Source: Camelus dromedarius
Lineage: Eukaryota
Assembly (NCBI RefSeq): GCF_036321535.1
Contig: NC_087437.1
Coordinates: forward strand, 50,780,001 to 50,844,000
DNA length: 64,000 bases
Direction of reading: 5' to 3'
The position numbers and the translations under genes were made by a program. Shown piece by piece: positions 24,091 to 35,893 of the stretch. The number at the start of each line of letters is the position of its first letter. The stretch's first letter is position 1. The notes below the pieces were generated by a model that was not told the origin of the DNA, made no database searches, and was given only the letters and a program-made list of their open reading frames with translations.

Positions 24091-25129
24091 GATGCTGCAC
24101 TCACCCAACCCAACCACAGTGAAAGATCCTCATTCACTTCAGGCACAAAGATATCTTATCCCTGCCCCAAGCATCCTGCCATTCTCTTCTTCTAGTGCAT
24201 TAGTTCTTGCTTGTTCTATGCCATGAGCTCTCTGCCGACTGCCTGTAATACATTGTGAAAACCTGGGAAAAACTCTGGTGCCTGGTAATGACTGTAATAT
24301 TTAGGAAGATACAAATTATGATAAATAGGAATCATAAAAGGAACAGTAGTGGTTTCATTCTTTGGAATCTGAAATGGGAACTGGAAAGCAAGATTCATGT
24401 CAAATTTCCTTTCAGGTCTTCTTACCCATTGTCTCTGTTTTATGTTGAAAGGAACAAGGTGGGAGGCAGTGAGCAAGTAAGTACGAACAAATGCTGGAAC
24501 AGGAAAGGGGAATAACTGGTCATAGCTACTCTTTCTCAAAAGACAAACTGCATTCTAGGAAAGGAAAACACTCCCTAGTTACAAGAAATTATGCAAGGAG
24601 CATCGAGCAGAAAGAGGAAATCAGGCCTAAACAGTAGCTCCCTGATTTGTCTCAGCTTCTATGCCTGTGAGCTAGGGTTTCTACCCTTCGATGCTTCTCT
24701 CTACACTGGGTCACACGACACTCAATGTAAGGTCCTCAACATGACTTGGAAAAGGCTGCAAGGACAAGATGAAAATGACCCATTTCACTGAGCATATGAC
24801 TGCATCCAGGAATTCAGTAAAATTAGGCAGTGAGTTTAAAACAAATATGATGAGAATGAGGAGGAGGCACTTCTACCTGTTGCCCACCTCCCTGCTCACC
24901 CTCTTCTTGCTGCTCCTTACAGAGGAAGTTGCTAAACTGGTAGGTCAATGTTTGGAATGCAGTTGAACCAAAGAGGGAGACCAGGTTCAACTCCCTATAA
25001 CCCAGGAAGTTAAAGGCAGGAGTGTACAGTGCGGTTCTCCCCTCTCTGTCAGTGTCCTCCTTCTTGGCTACAACAAATATCCTTTGATTGAAATGAATAG
25101 TATCAGAACTAGAAATTCTACCAACATTA

Positions 25130-25445
25130 CTTCTTGAGAACCTACTATGGGCAGGGCTAGGAATAAAAAAAGAAAAAAAAAAGCATTGGCCTCTACTCGA
25201 GTAGTTCACAGTCTAATGGGAGAGGCAGAAATAATTTCCATATACTATGGTGTTATACAAGGAGTACCCTCAGGGTTCTGTGGAAATAAAGAGTCTGTGA
25301 GAGAAGAACTGGGGTCAGGGAGGGTTTCCTTGAAGAAATGAGATCCGACTGAGGGCTGATGACTGTGCAGGAGTTAGCCAGGCCTAGAAGGGCGGGAAAG
25401 GTGTTCCTGCAGAGTGAACTGCGTGACCAAAGGACAGAGACGTAC
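25130..25445 (-). mobile_element. L2 remnant
   Basis: gagaacctactatg, ttcacagtctaatgggagaggcag, ggtcagggagggtttcctt, aggagttagccagg. Confidence 0.65.
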
Positions 25446-26583
25446 AGCATCCTTCCCTCAAACCAACCAAGCCCAAGTCCTCTCATGTCTGTGTAATGTA
25501 TACAAGATTCTGGGATCAGAGGCAGAGAGGATGGGAATTGGTGAAATATAATTTAAATACTGAACTTGGAAGAAGTGGATCAAAAATAAATCCATAGCCT
25601 TCTCTGAAGAAGTAAGAAGGGTAAAAGACAAAAATAAAAACAAAATCTTAGAGTGGGTTCGATTAAAGCAAACAAATTAACTTCCTCATTTCTGCTGGTG
25701 GGATCAGATTCCAGGTGGCCTTTCAATCAAAAAGCTGGCGTTTACCTCTAAATCATAAGAGGCAGATGGAAAGCAACAGCACACCCCTGGCTGTTATGTA
25801 AACTGCTAACCACATAGCAGTTAAGTAACAGATGATATCATAAATGAAACAGACGCATGGGGACTAGTGCCTTCCCTGGCCGAGTCTGCTCTCCTGGAGA
25901 ACTAGGTTTGGACTCCACGCCCAGCTCCATCTCTGTCTGTGAAATAGTTGTCACTGATATGAACTCTGTCCCACATTCCATTCCTTACAGACCTGGCTAT
26001 TCATTGACTTAAATGGCATAAATATGTGAGACCTAGGGCAGAGAGGGTAGAAGTAGCAGGTGCCTGAAAACATCTCTGTTATGGTCTCAGCTATTGGCGC
26101 AGTTTTTATCCCTGGACTTTAAGTTTCCTTGCTCTGGGCCCTAGACTCTCCATCTGAAAATGACAACTATAAAATCTACCTCTAAGTTCCCTATCTATGG
26201 GAGATAAATTAAATAATTCTTAACATGGCTTGAGGTCGAGCAGCGGCCAGGTGTCTGGAACGACAGGCCCCAGGAAAGCAGAATCACCTTTATCTAGAGC
26301 AATGAACCTGAAGGAACAAAAGCAGCACCACCTGTTCAATTTTTCATTCACTCAACAATGTTTATGAAGTATTTCCTATGTGCACACCATGATCAAAACC
26401 AATACTCATGTATCTTTGTTTTCTAGTTTCTTTCTACATCCCTTGTCTGGGACTGATGAATAAGAGAAACTGGCCATTACATACTAATGTGAACTGTGCT
26501 CATCTCAACCCAGTCCCACCACATGGGAAACTCAGAATGAAGCCCATGACCAGGAAGGCAGCAGAGCACTGTGTTCAGCTCAC

Positions 26584-26698
26584 CTGGGGATGCTGGTGAG
26601 GTAGGTCATGACATTCAGGAAGTCCTCATGTGAGATGTGTTTGAACCCCACAAACTCTGGAAAAGTGATGATGGGGGCACCATCTTTCCCTTGGCCTC
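26584..26698 (-). CDS. MCF2L2: MCF2L2 coding exon 3 (115 nt, phase 1->2): (G)GQGKDGAPIITFPEFVGFKHISHEDFLNVMTYLTSIP(S)
   Basis: Acceptor tctttgttgcag|, donor CAG|gtgagc, open frame joining exon 2 and exon 4; not captured in the ORF track. Confidence 0.95.
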
Positions 26699-27049
26699 CT
26701 GCAACAAAGATAGAGGATCAAGATGTTAGCAAAATGTTTTCAGGTCACACCTCTGCGGGTAAGGGACTTCAACTAATATCAAGTTAAGATGTGCATCAGC
26801 CTCTTATTTTTCCATCTATATTATTTCAGAGCAGAATTCAGGAAGGTCAACACTGCATTATTTGGAACAAGTATCTCTTCTTCCTGCTTGTTCAGTGGTG
26901 GTGTAAGAATTCAATCTTTTGAAGATGGTTACTGTACAAAAGGTAATAATGATTTAATTATTTTAGCACAGGTAGAATAGTAAAGAATGCCAACACAAAT
27001 ACATAATATTGTTCTTCATTTTTGTAGTTAGTAAATATCAAAGCTAAAG

Positions 27050-27320
27050 GAGCATGGTGGTTCAGAAAGTTGGCTCTAAAATCAGACAGCCTGGTTCGAA
27101 TTCTGCCTTACCACTTAAATTCTATGTGATTTTTGGCAAGATACTTAAGTAGAAATTTCCTTACATACACAGATATATCTATGTAATAGGAATATTACCT
27201 GTATCTACCTCAAAAGGTACTGTGAGGATTAAGTGAGAGCATATATGAGAAGCACTTTAGCAGAATGTTTATTATATATAAGTGCTCCGTAAAGTAACCA
27301 CTGTTATGGTTATTATTCTT
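27050..27320 (+). mobile_element. MIR remnant
   Basis: agcatggtggtt...cagacagcctggttcgaattctg...tgtgaggattaagtgaga...agcactttagcaga. Confidence 0.7.
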
Positions 27321-27510
27321 GCAAAGAGGCAATAATCAGCTGCCCTTCAATAACTCATAAACAGGGATATAACACACCCTACAAGAATAAAAATGTAAAA
27401 TTAGTATTTAAACATTTAATTCATTGGTGTAGAGGCCACCAGAATAAATTAAATAGATTATATTTCCCAATTTCTTTGCAGCTAGGCATAGCCATGACTA
27501 AGCTCCAGCC

Positions 27511-28023
27511 CCATGGTTCCCAAACTGTGTACCACATACCTAGGAAGCCTCAGTGAACTCACAGAGGCACCATGAATATTTTAAATTTGGGGGGAAAAGT
27601 GTAATAGTTGGCATCTGTCAGACATTATGCTTGCTAATAGCTTGAGATGGTTTACAATTTCAACATTAAATTACACTGTATTCTTTTGAATGCCATTGCA
27701 TCTTTGTGAAGTTGGGGTTTTGGTGGCCGCTGGGAATAAAAAACAAGTGCAGTATGAAAATCATCGTGGAACAGGAAAAGCGGGGGATGATGTCCAGCCT
27801 GACTGCAAGGTTTGAGATAACTGTGGTTCTGTAAGAATGAAAGTTAAACATTACTTTTTCTTTCAATTTGTGTATTTATCTTTTCAAACAGCTACTAAGT
27901 TGTCAGGACATATAGACTTAAGTTGTTTTAACTGTCAGGTATTGCTTTTGGTCAAGAAGGGCTGAGAAAAAAATGACTGCGATACTAAAGACCCCGAGGA
28001 CTGAGGAAGCTGGGGAACCTGGG
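27511..28023. mobile_element. Charlie4a-like hAT element with perfect 8-bp TSD, nested in an MLT1 remnant
   Basis: Termini ccatggttcccaaact...ggggaacctggg, TSD CTCCAGCC (27503-27510 / 28024-28031); flanks rejoin as MLT1 (tttccca...gcagctagg..gccatgactaag|...gaagtg). Confidence 0.8.
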
Positions 28024-29139
28024 CTCCAGCCAGAGGGACATGAGCTGAAGTGCTGGGAGCACCTTCCAGGCTACGCCTCTGTAGGGAAACAATTTTCAGT
28101 GGAATACGGCTCCCGAGGGAAGCCAACTACAAATGACCGCACATATTTCACATATCTAATAAAATAGATGCAGGGTGTGGTTTAACGAGGACTCTGTGAT
28201 TATTCAGGGTGTGAGATCAACGAAGAAACTACAGAAAAGGGAGACTCAGATAAGCAAAGGCTGCCAGCCATCTTATGGAGGGAGGGTCCTGGCCCACCAC
28301 CTCAAAAATCCAGACCATGTCACCAGTATGTCTGATGACACCACCATTAGGATCATCCAATGCACACTGCTGTTCTGAATCCATGCCTGAGAAGCATCTT
28401 CTGCTAATACCCTGATGGTTCATGTAAATTTGTTTCAAGGGAGAGAATGTGCTGCAAAGCAAACGTGAGTATTTGTATCACATAAAGAGTAAGTCAGCAC
28501 TGTGGCTTTTCTATACAAGTCTCCTGTAAGTATTGTTACTATGAGTCTTGGGCTCTCAGAGACTAATTGCTATGGGATATTTGTCTGGATGACTAGTCAT
28601 TCTTCTCTGGGAGATTCCTGTTTATTAATCCTATATGCTTATTAAAATTTTTTAAAAAGGCACCTGACTTCAATTAAAAAGAAAAGAAAAGGAAGAAAAA
28701 GATACCTGCAGATCAGTTGTTTGTCAAGCTTTGACAAGGAGATTGAGCTACTTCATTTTGTTGACTGAAACAGTTTAGATCAGGATAATATCAACTTTCG
28801 AATAGTAAATATTCATCCTCTTTCTAGTTTCACAACCATAGGAAGTATCAGAGAAATGTGAATTAAGAGAATTTGCATCTCCAGTGAGACTAAATTTAGA
28901 TGCATTATAACACTACACTAATTATACAAACAATATTTGCCAAGAGAATGGCTAAAACATTTCAAGGAACCAAAACACCGTCAAATATTCACAAGGATAT
29001 AATTACATCATTTAATGATTTCTACCTTTTTCACTAACTATAATTAAAGCTATTCATGCCTAAATAGAGAAAGATGGGTGAAGTTTTCTCATATCTTGGT
29101 TAATACAAATACTGAACATCAGAGAGGCCCTGAGGTTAC

Positions 29140-29172
29140 CTGGGGACACCACCTGCTGCTGAACGTAAAAGT
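29140..29172 (-). other. Candidate 33-nt in-frame cassette microexon of MCF2L2 (D-FYVQQQVVSP)
   Basis: Acceptor ttcgtttccttggtgcctctgcctaacag|, donor CAG|gtaacc, phase 1->1 with no stop; sequence-only prediction. Confidence 0.25.
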
Positions 29173-29863
29173 CTGTTAGGCAGAGGCACCAAGGAAACGA
29201 AGCTAGGCCTGCCTCCATGCAGCAGTACAGCCACAACAAGGCATTCAGTGCCACCTTGCGAGGAAACATGGAAGTGCAAAAGGAAGAAAGATTGTGACGA
29301 AGTCCCCTTCAGAGAAGATGAAAACCAAACTCTTTGGAACTAAGTAAAATGGTGACTTAACAATATAAACTTCACTCCTCCTGGTATCATTTTTACCTGT
29401 ATGTTACATGGTAGGGGACTAGCTTTACTGCAGAAAATAATGGCAAGTGCTTGGGATACATAAGACCATTCCCACAAGGGTCTGGGTGTTGGCTGACATA
29501 AGATGTGTGTCATTTAGAGGAGCACTTGGAACACTGGGAAATCCTATAGGAAGATGCTGAAGACCAACAGTGAGACAGAAAGTAAGGTAGTTACTGCTAT
29601 TTGCCTCCCAATATCTATTTTCCCTTTCTCTTCCCCCAGAGAACTGATTTTAGCTCGGAAAATGGCAGTACCACTCCCTGGGAGGCACTTGGGAAATCTC
29701 ACAGCCTGGGATACTATATAATCTGTCCTACATAATAAAGAATTGTCCCATATCCTGTTTGATTTCCAAATGTTTTATGAGAAACTCAATATACATAAAA
29801 AAAATCCATTTACAGTAATCTGATCCTAGAATCTTTGTTTTACATACAATCATAAAGTATTTT

Positions 29864-30324
29864 AAAATATTTTTCCAGTTTTATTGAGACGTATAACATC
29901 GTATTGGTTTAAGGGTTACAACAATTTGATATAATGTATATACTTCAAAATGATCACCACAATGAACTTAGTTAAAATTCATCACCTCACATAGTTACAA
30001 TTTTTTTTCTTGTGATGAAAACTTTTAAGATCTACTCTCTTACCAATTTTCAAATACACAATACAGTATTGTTAACTACAGTCACCATGCTACACGTTAC
30101 ATCCCCAGAACTTATTTATTTTATATCTGGAAGTCCGTACTTTTTGCCCCCTTTCACCCATTCCCCCATCCCCGTCTTTGGCAACAACCAACTTGTTCTC
30201 TGTTTCTATGAGTTCAGTTTTTTTAGCTTCCACATATAAGAGTGGAATCATAACAGTATTTGTCTCTGCCAGACTTATTTCATGTAGCCTAATGCCCTCA
30301 AGTTCCACCCATGCTGTCACAAAT
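29864..30324 (-). mobile_element. 5'-truncated L1 3' end (L1MA9-like)
   Basis: ttttccagttttattgagac...cttgtgatgaaaacttttaagatctactctct; TSD about cataaagtatttt / cattaagtatttt. Confidence 0.85.
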
Positions 30325-30699
30325 CATTAAGTATTTTTAAACGGTTTTAATGTATATTGAATTTCCCAGGAATTGCAATTACCCTATAAAATTGAGGGAC
30401 GATTATATTCTACTTTGTTCAGAACTTTATCAACAATTGTTTACTATTTCAGAAAATCACTACAGGAAGGTCCCTCAGGATGTCTGATTACTCATACCAT
30501 ATTTCAGCATTTGCCCCTGTTACATTCTTGGTGACTCCACATGCACAGGTAAGCACCTGACTACTTCATAATTTTTTCTAGTATAGCTAGAAATACACAT
30601 GGAAATACATTATTTTACTCTGCTTACTTTACCTTTGTTTCTCCTTCACATTACAGCTGTCCTTTACATTTAACTTTTTAACTTATTTAAGTATAGGCA

Positions 30700-31319
30700 T
30701 AAATAAGGAGGGCGGTGGCTGTTCACCTTCTGGACACACAACTAATTATCCAGCTCCCCTTGTGGTTAAGTGTATCCACATGACTAAGCCCAGTTCAAGT
30801 CAATGGAATTCGGTGTGTACTGTTGCCAAGCTGAGACTTTTAAGAAATAGTATTCTCTAGGGGAGGGTATAGCTCAAGTGGTAGAGTGCATGCTTAGCAT
30901 GCACGAGGTCCTGGGTTCAATCCCCAGTACCTCCTCTACATATAAAGAAATATATAAACCTAATTACCTCGCCCTACACACACAAAAAAAAACTAAATAA
31001 ATAAATGTCACTCTTCAAAAAGTAAGTTAAAAAAAAAAAAGAAATAGTCTTCTCTCTTTCCCTGTCTGCTTTCTAGATGTAGACAATAAGAAGGCCACAA
31101 AATGGGTAACAGCAATAAGAGCCACAAAGTAATAGGAGCTTTCATTCAAGAGTCTTCACGTGGAGAAAAGTTGTCTGCTGACCATGTATACCTGCTGAAC
31201 ATACATGCTGGACCGTTTTTCAACAGTAAGAACAAATTTCTGTTGTGTTAGTTTGAGCCACTATCCATACACCTTGGAGTCTGTTTGCTAGAGCTGTATG
31301 GTGCACCCTAACTAGTACA
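30700..31319 (+). mobile_element. MaLR LTR, MLT1J-like, interrupted by a SINE
   Basis: ccagctccccttgtggttaagtg..cacatgactaag; agagccaca; aaatttctgttgtgtt; ccctaactagtaca. Confidence 0.6.
30860..31040 (+). mobile_element. Camelid tRNA-derived SINE (vic-1 type), long-tailed form
   Basis: ggggagggtatagctcaagtggtagagtgcatgcttagcatgcacgaggtcctgggttcaatccccagtacctcc, A12 tail, 17-bp TSD aagaaatagt(a/c)ttctct (30842-30858 / 31039-31055). Confidence 0.93.
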
Positions 31320-31426
31320 AGTTAAGGTGTCTACACATTTCATTTCAGGATGGTGAGGCGTGCAAAATAAATCATTTGTTATAAAAAGGAGGCATTCGGT
31401 CCAATGTGATTGAGAACCACTATAAC

Positions 31427-31784
31427 CTGCGCTGCTCAATACAGTGGCCACAAGACACAGCTGGCTGCTGAGCCCTTGACATGTGACCAGTCCAAACTGA
31501 GATATGCTATGAGTGTAAAATACAAACTAGATTTCTGAAACTTAGTACAAAAAAAGTAAAGTCTCTTATTAATAATTTTGAATATTGATGACATGTTGGA
31601 ATAATATTTTAGATATACTGGGTTAAATAAAATACATTATTAAAATTAATTTCCTGTGTGTGTGTGGTTTTTGTTTTTTGGTTTTCTTTTTTTTTTTTTT
31701 TTTTTTTTTGCTTTTTTAATATGGTTACCACAAAATTTAAAAGTACACATGTGGGTCACATTATATGTCCATTAAACAGCACTG
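31427..31784. mobile_element. MER33 hAT-Charlie MITE with an expanded T-rich tract
   Basis: caatacagtggccacaag..agtccaaactgagatatgct..agtgtaaaatac..ttgggttaaataaaat-like..aaacagcactg. Confidence 0.85.
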
Positions 31785-32159
31785 CTCTAGACCTTCTAGC
31801 AGTGGTCCTCATTTCCCAGGTGCCAAGTTACTGGCTCCATCTCTGACTTAGGATGCTGGTTTTAACTATGCTTATTTCCTTGGCTTGACATTCTCCATTG
31901 GTTTGGGTGAGAACTTCCCACTTGCCCCTGGGAACTCCACCTCTACCCAGGGCTCCACTGGTGTGCATATAGGGGGAAATGTCGGGGACTCTACAAACCT
32001 AAGAGTACTTTATGCCTTCATTATTAACTATTTCTAAAAGGATTAAATGTGTTGAGAGAGACAGAGAAAGAGAGAAATTTGGACAGTAATTCCAAGGGGG
32101 AGAATAATCATTAAAAGAAAAATAAAAGGATAACTTCTCATAATTAAAGGAAAGGCATT

Positions 32160-32612
32160 ATGGCAGGTATTGATAAATGGCTAACTTATTCCCAACTCCC
32201 TCTTCCCTGACCACCTTCCACTGTGGCATTTAAAAAGTTAAATGTTTGCCTTCTCAGACTCCCTTGCTGCTAGGAATGGCCACATGACCTAGTTCTGGAA
32301 TGAGACATAAACAGAAGTCTACCAAGAGTTTCTAGGAAAGTTACTGCTCTCCTAGCAAAAGGAGCAGAAGAAGCCAACATTGGTCCTTTTCCTTCTTCCT
32401 GCTTTGGACACAGACTTAATGTCTAGAGCTGCAGCAGCCATCTTGGGGTCAAGACTTTAAAAACAAGAGAAACATCAAGAGAATCACAAAGATGCCAGTC
32501 TTAATGTTGATTAGTCACTGATCAAATACCAAGAATTTCTACCACTAGACCTCTGGTTTTGTGGTTTGAAAAACAAACAAACACGTCCTATAGGCTAAGT
32601 TCTCTTGCAGCC
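32160..32612 (+). mobile_element. Old MaLR LTR (MLT1K/L-like)
   Basis: ttctcagactcccttgctgctagg..tggccacatgacctagttctgg; gagctgcagcagccatcttg; cttgcagcc. Confidence 0.65.
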
Positions 32613-35507
32613 AGATGCTATGCTAGGCATTATCCTTAAAACAACCCACTTTACAGATGAGAAACCTACTAATTGTTTTGGAATATGAACCTAGAATTGT
32701 CTTGAGTCCAAAGCCTAGAGTGTTTCCATCACACTAACCTGGTTATATCCTCTTGCTTCCTAGCTAAGATATATCTTCGTCTTCCAAGGTCAGAGCCACC
32801 AGATGCCCCAGCCCTGGTTACCATCCAATTCCTGCTGATGGCTCCTGCTCACAGGCCTCACCATCCGGAGGCTTCAACCCAGCTGGCTACAAATCTGGGT
32901 CAGGCATCATGCAATGAGCCCTGCCCTCCCACCCATCGTGGGAGCACACTCACACAGCACAGCAGGCCCCACACTCGGGGCCTCACTGAGAAAAAAGGCC
33001 GCATACTCTCCTTCCCAGCATCCCTGGTTGATGGGGCCTCTTTCCACATCTCAGTGGAATCTGTAGAAGAGTCTTCACCCTGCTTGTGTGAACTGGGAAA
33101 GGAAAACTGCTGTGACTCAGAGCAGAGGCCACAGCTGAGCTGCCAAAGTCATGGGAAAAGACCCAACTGCAGAGATTTCTGTTTTACTACACAGGCACCC
33201 TCAACAGCCTCGTTGCTGACATTTGCGCCTCCGCCAGGTAAAAAGAGACAGTTAAGGATGAAAAGCAGGCTTGCTAATTCCAAAAAGGTGCTGACTCAGA
33301 AAACCTGATAGCTGCTGATAGTCTTCCTGACCTGCAGTGTTACAAATGCTATCACAGCTAATCCATGCTTCTCTCTCATAAGAAGGGCGAACTTGAGGCA
33401 ACATGCTGACAAAAGCAGCTCAGAAATGAAAAAATTATATTTGAAACAGTCAAAATGCCTTTCCTAAAGCAGAGGTATCCTCTTGGCCCAGAGTGAGTTT
33501 TCAGTCCTACGTCCTACATTAAAGAGTGACAATTATCTCTATTCCTGACTTAATTGTAGCATTATACACCATATTCACCGTGAGTATGGTCTTGGTTCCA
33601 TACAAAAACTCTATGATAATGGAAGACTGCTTTTGGTTATATAATCCTAAAATAAACATTTTTATGGGATTAAAATATATCAGGAAAAAAGGGCAAACAT
33701 TTAGTTGGCAGTTGCAATACTAAGCATTTTTCATACATTATGTCTTTAATCCTCAAAATTATGATGATCTCCTTAATTACATAAATGTGGAACATGAAGC
33801 TTAGGCAAGTAAATTACCCAAGGTGATACAGCTAGTCAGCAGCAGAATCTAAATCCATGTCTAGGGCTGTTTATGATCTTCCCTATACTATCTCTAAGAA
33901 ATAAGAATAGAAAGAAACACCTCAATATTACTCTAAAGAGATAACTCTAATATTTAAATGCATCAGTTAATCAGTCACTGGACTCTTTCCCCAGATGAGT
34001 CATCATGTAATTTTCTATGCCACAATTCCGTACTAAGGCATCTGAGTTTGGTCTAAGACTATAAGAATCCACTCCACCCACCCCATCATCCATTCCAGAC
34101 CTTGATGCCCGTTGGCCTTGGGCCTTCTGTGACAGAGGGCCACAGCAGCAGTTGCCAAAAATCCAGAGGACAGTCTTTATCCTGCCTTTTGTTGTGCACT
34201 ATCCTAGGCTCACTGTGGGAAGCTATGACACTGCAGCTGCAGGAGGCTGGCTAGGCTCTCCCACCAGGGTCAAGACGATGGTACCTAGACAGGGATACAG
34301 GGAGCAGAGCGTCCACTGTCCTCACAGGACAGACCAGGAAGACTTGGATAATTCCAACCTGAGCATCTCTTATGCTCTACTATCTGTTCTGAGCGTTAGA
34401 AATATGAGCAGAAATTTTTTAAATGAGCACCCCATTCTTATCGAGCTTTCAGTGGCTATCTGAGCTGTGACCAATGTCAAGGAAAGACCAAAGAACTCCC
34501 CAGAATGTTCTGAACTGTGTAAGATGCCCTCATCCAGGATATAACTCTAAGATGGGGAGAGGTATCCCAATCATGGAGATTACATTTCTCTCAAACTCAG
34601 CAGGATGAAGAGTTTGGGGCAGATTAAGTAAGATTTAGAGAAAGGAAAGAAATATGATATTTTTTACATCCCATATTGTAGAGTAAAATTCATACCAACT
34701 ACACATTCTCTCTGTGACATAACTAAGATGACTTTGTTACTTATTTCAGAACACATGTAAAAGGAGAGAGTGACTTGCCACCTTATTCCTCTGATATGTG
34801 TTGAGGACATCTAATCTTACTATCCCATCCTTCCAAGAAAGGTCTAACTATAATGTAGGTTTGGTATGTACCTCAAGTTTCAGTAATTAAAGTCATGTCA
34901 CCCTGGGCTAAGCAAATAAAAAAGAAGAGTGTTCTAGTAATGACAACTTTCTTCTTAGGGTTATGCCTAGGCTCAGAAAATGTCTAGCCTTTGATTAATA
35001 CTAGCTTCTCTTTATTCCCAGTCAAATGCTTAATGAAATCAATGTATTAAAATTAGATCCACAAGAGCTAAGAATAAAAGACAAATCTCTCAGAGAACAA
35101 ATAACCTCAGCAATGTTCATGAACCCTTAAAACCAAGACTCTCTTAAGGTTGGATCTTCGTAGAACATCCAGCAAGAAAATTGGAAGGACATCATGGTGG
35201 CAGCTGATGTCAGTAGTTATTTCTTTTTCTTTCCTCAAAATCTTTTCAGCTCTGTTCTTTACAACCTAGAAGAAATGTACTCCCTTGGGAAAGACCAAAT
35301 TGCACCCAACAGCAAAAGGAGGGACATCTATGAGATCCCACTCTCCTACAGCTGGATAGTCTTCATTCTAGTCCGGGGGAGGCTTAAGAGAAGACTGAGA
35401 CTTGAGTAAAATGTTAATCAAGTTAAGTTCAAGAGGCTGAGCCCTCACAGCAAGACCCCACCCCCAACCCAACAAAATCCAGAAATGCATATGAATTTGC
35501 CCCTTAC

Positions 35508-35591
35508 CTGAAAGAATGGCAAATTGCCTGTGAAGTTGTTCAATTATATCCACTGCCAACAAAGGCCTGATTTCCTGCTGCATAATTTCAT
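35508..35591 (-). CDS. MCF2L2: MCF2L2 coding exon 2 (84 nt, phase 1->1): (D)EIMQQEIRPLLAVDIIEQLHRQFAILS(G)
   Basis: Acceptor ttttattttatttgtgcag|, donor CAG|gtaagg; peptide visible in ORF 35368-35583. Confidence 0.95.
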
Positions 35592-35743
35592 CTGCACAAA
35601 TAAAATAAAAATTAGGTTAAATCTTTTCAAATTATAAAGAGAATTTAAAGGAAGAAAGGGAAGCTCCACTACTAGGGAAATCTGGGACTTATCAAGATAT
35701 GGTTATGCACACATTCTCTTGAGGACTCAATTTCTGACAGGCA

Positions 35744-35893
35744 GGGATGGATCTGAGTTTTGTGTGGTTTGACGCTGATACACATGAGCACAGAAACACA
35801 TTTCTAGAGCATCTCCCAAGGCTTTAGGAGGGATCAAGGCAAGGAAGGGGCCCTGAAGTTTAAGCTTCAGTAGCTTCACAGTAAACCTGCTGG
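35744..35893. mobile_element. hAT MITE, MER53-like
   Basis: gggatggatctgagttttgtg...gaaggggccctgaagtttaagcttcagtagcttcacagtaaacc. Confidence 0.6.

Larger units (their letters stand above)
29667..31420. mobile_element. MER20B-like hAT element, split by L1, MLT1 and SINE insertions
   Basis: aaagaattgtcccat; tactttgttcagaacttta; cacctgactacttcat; catttcaggatgg...ttgttataaaagga...ttgagaaccac. Confidence 0.7.

Noticed and set aside
32838..33308. Longest ORF in the track (156 aa, + strand)
   Set aside because: No recognisable domain, antisense in an MCF2L2 intron, composition typical of chance GC-richer ORFs, no supporting gene structure
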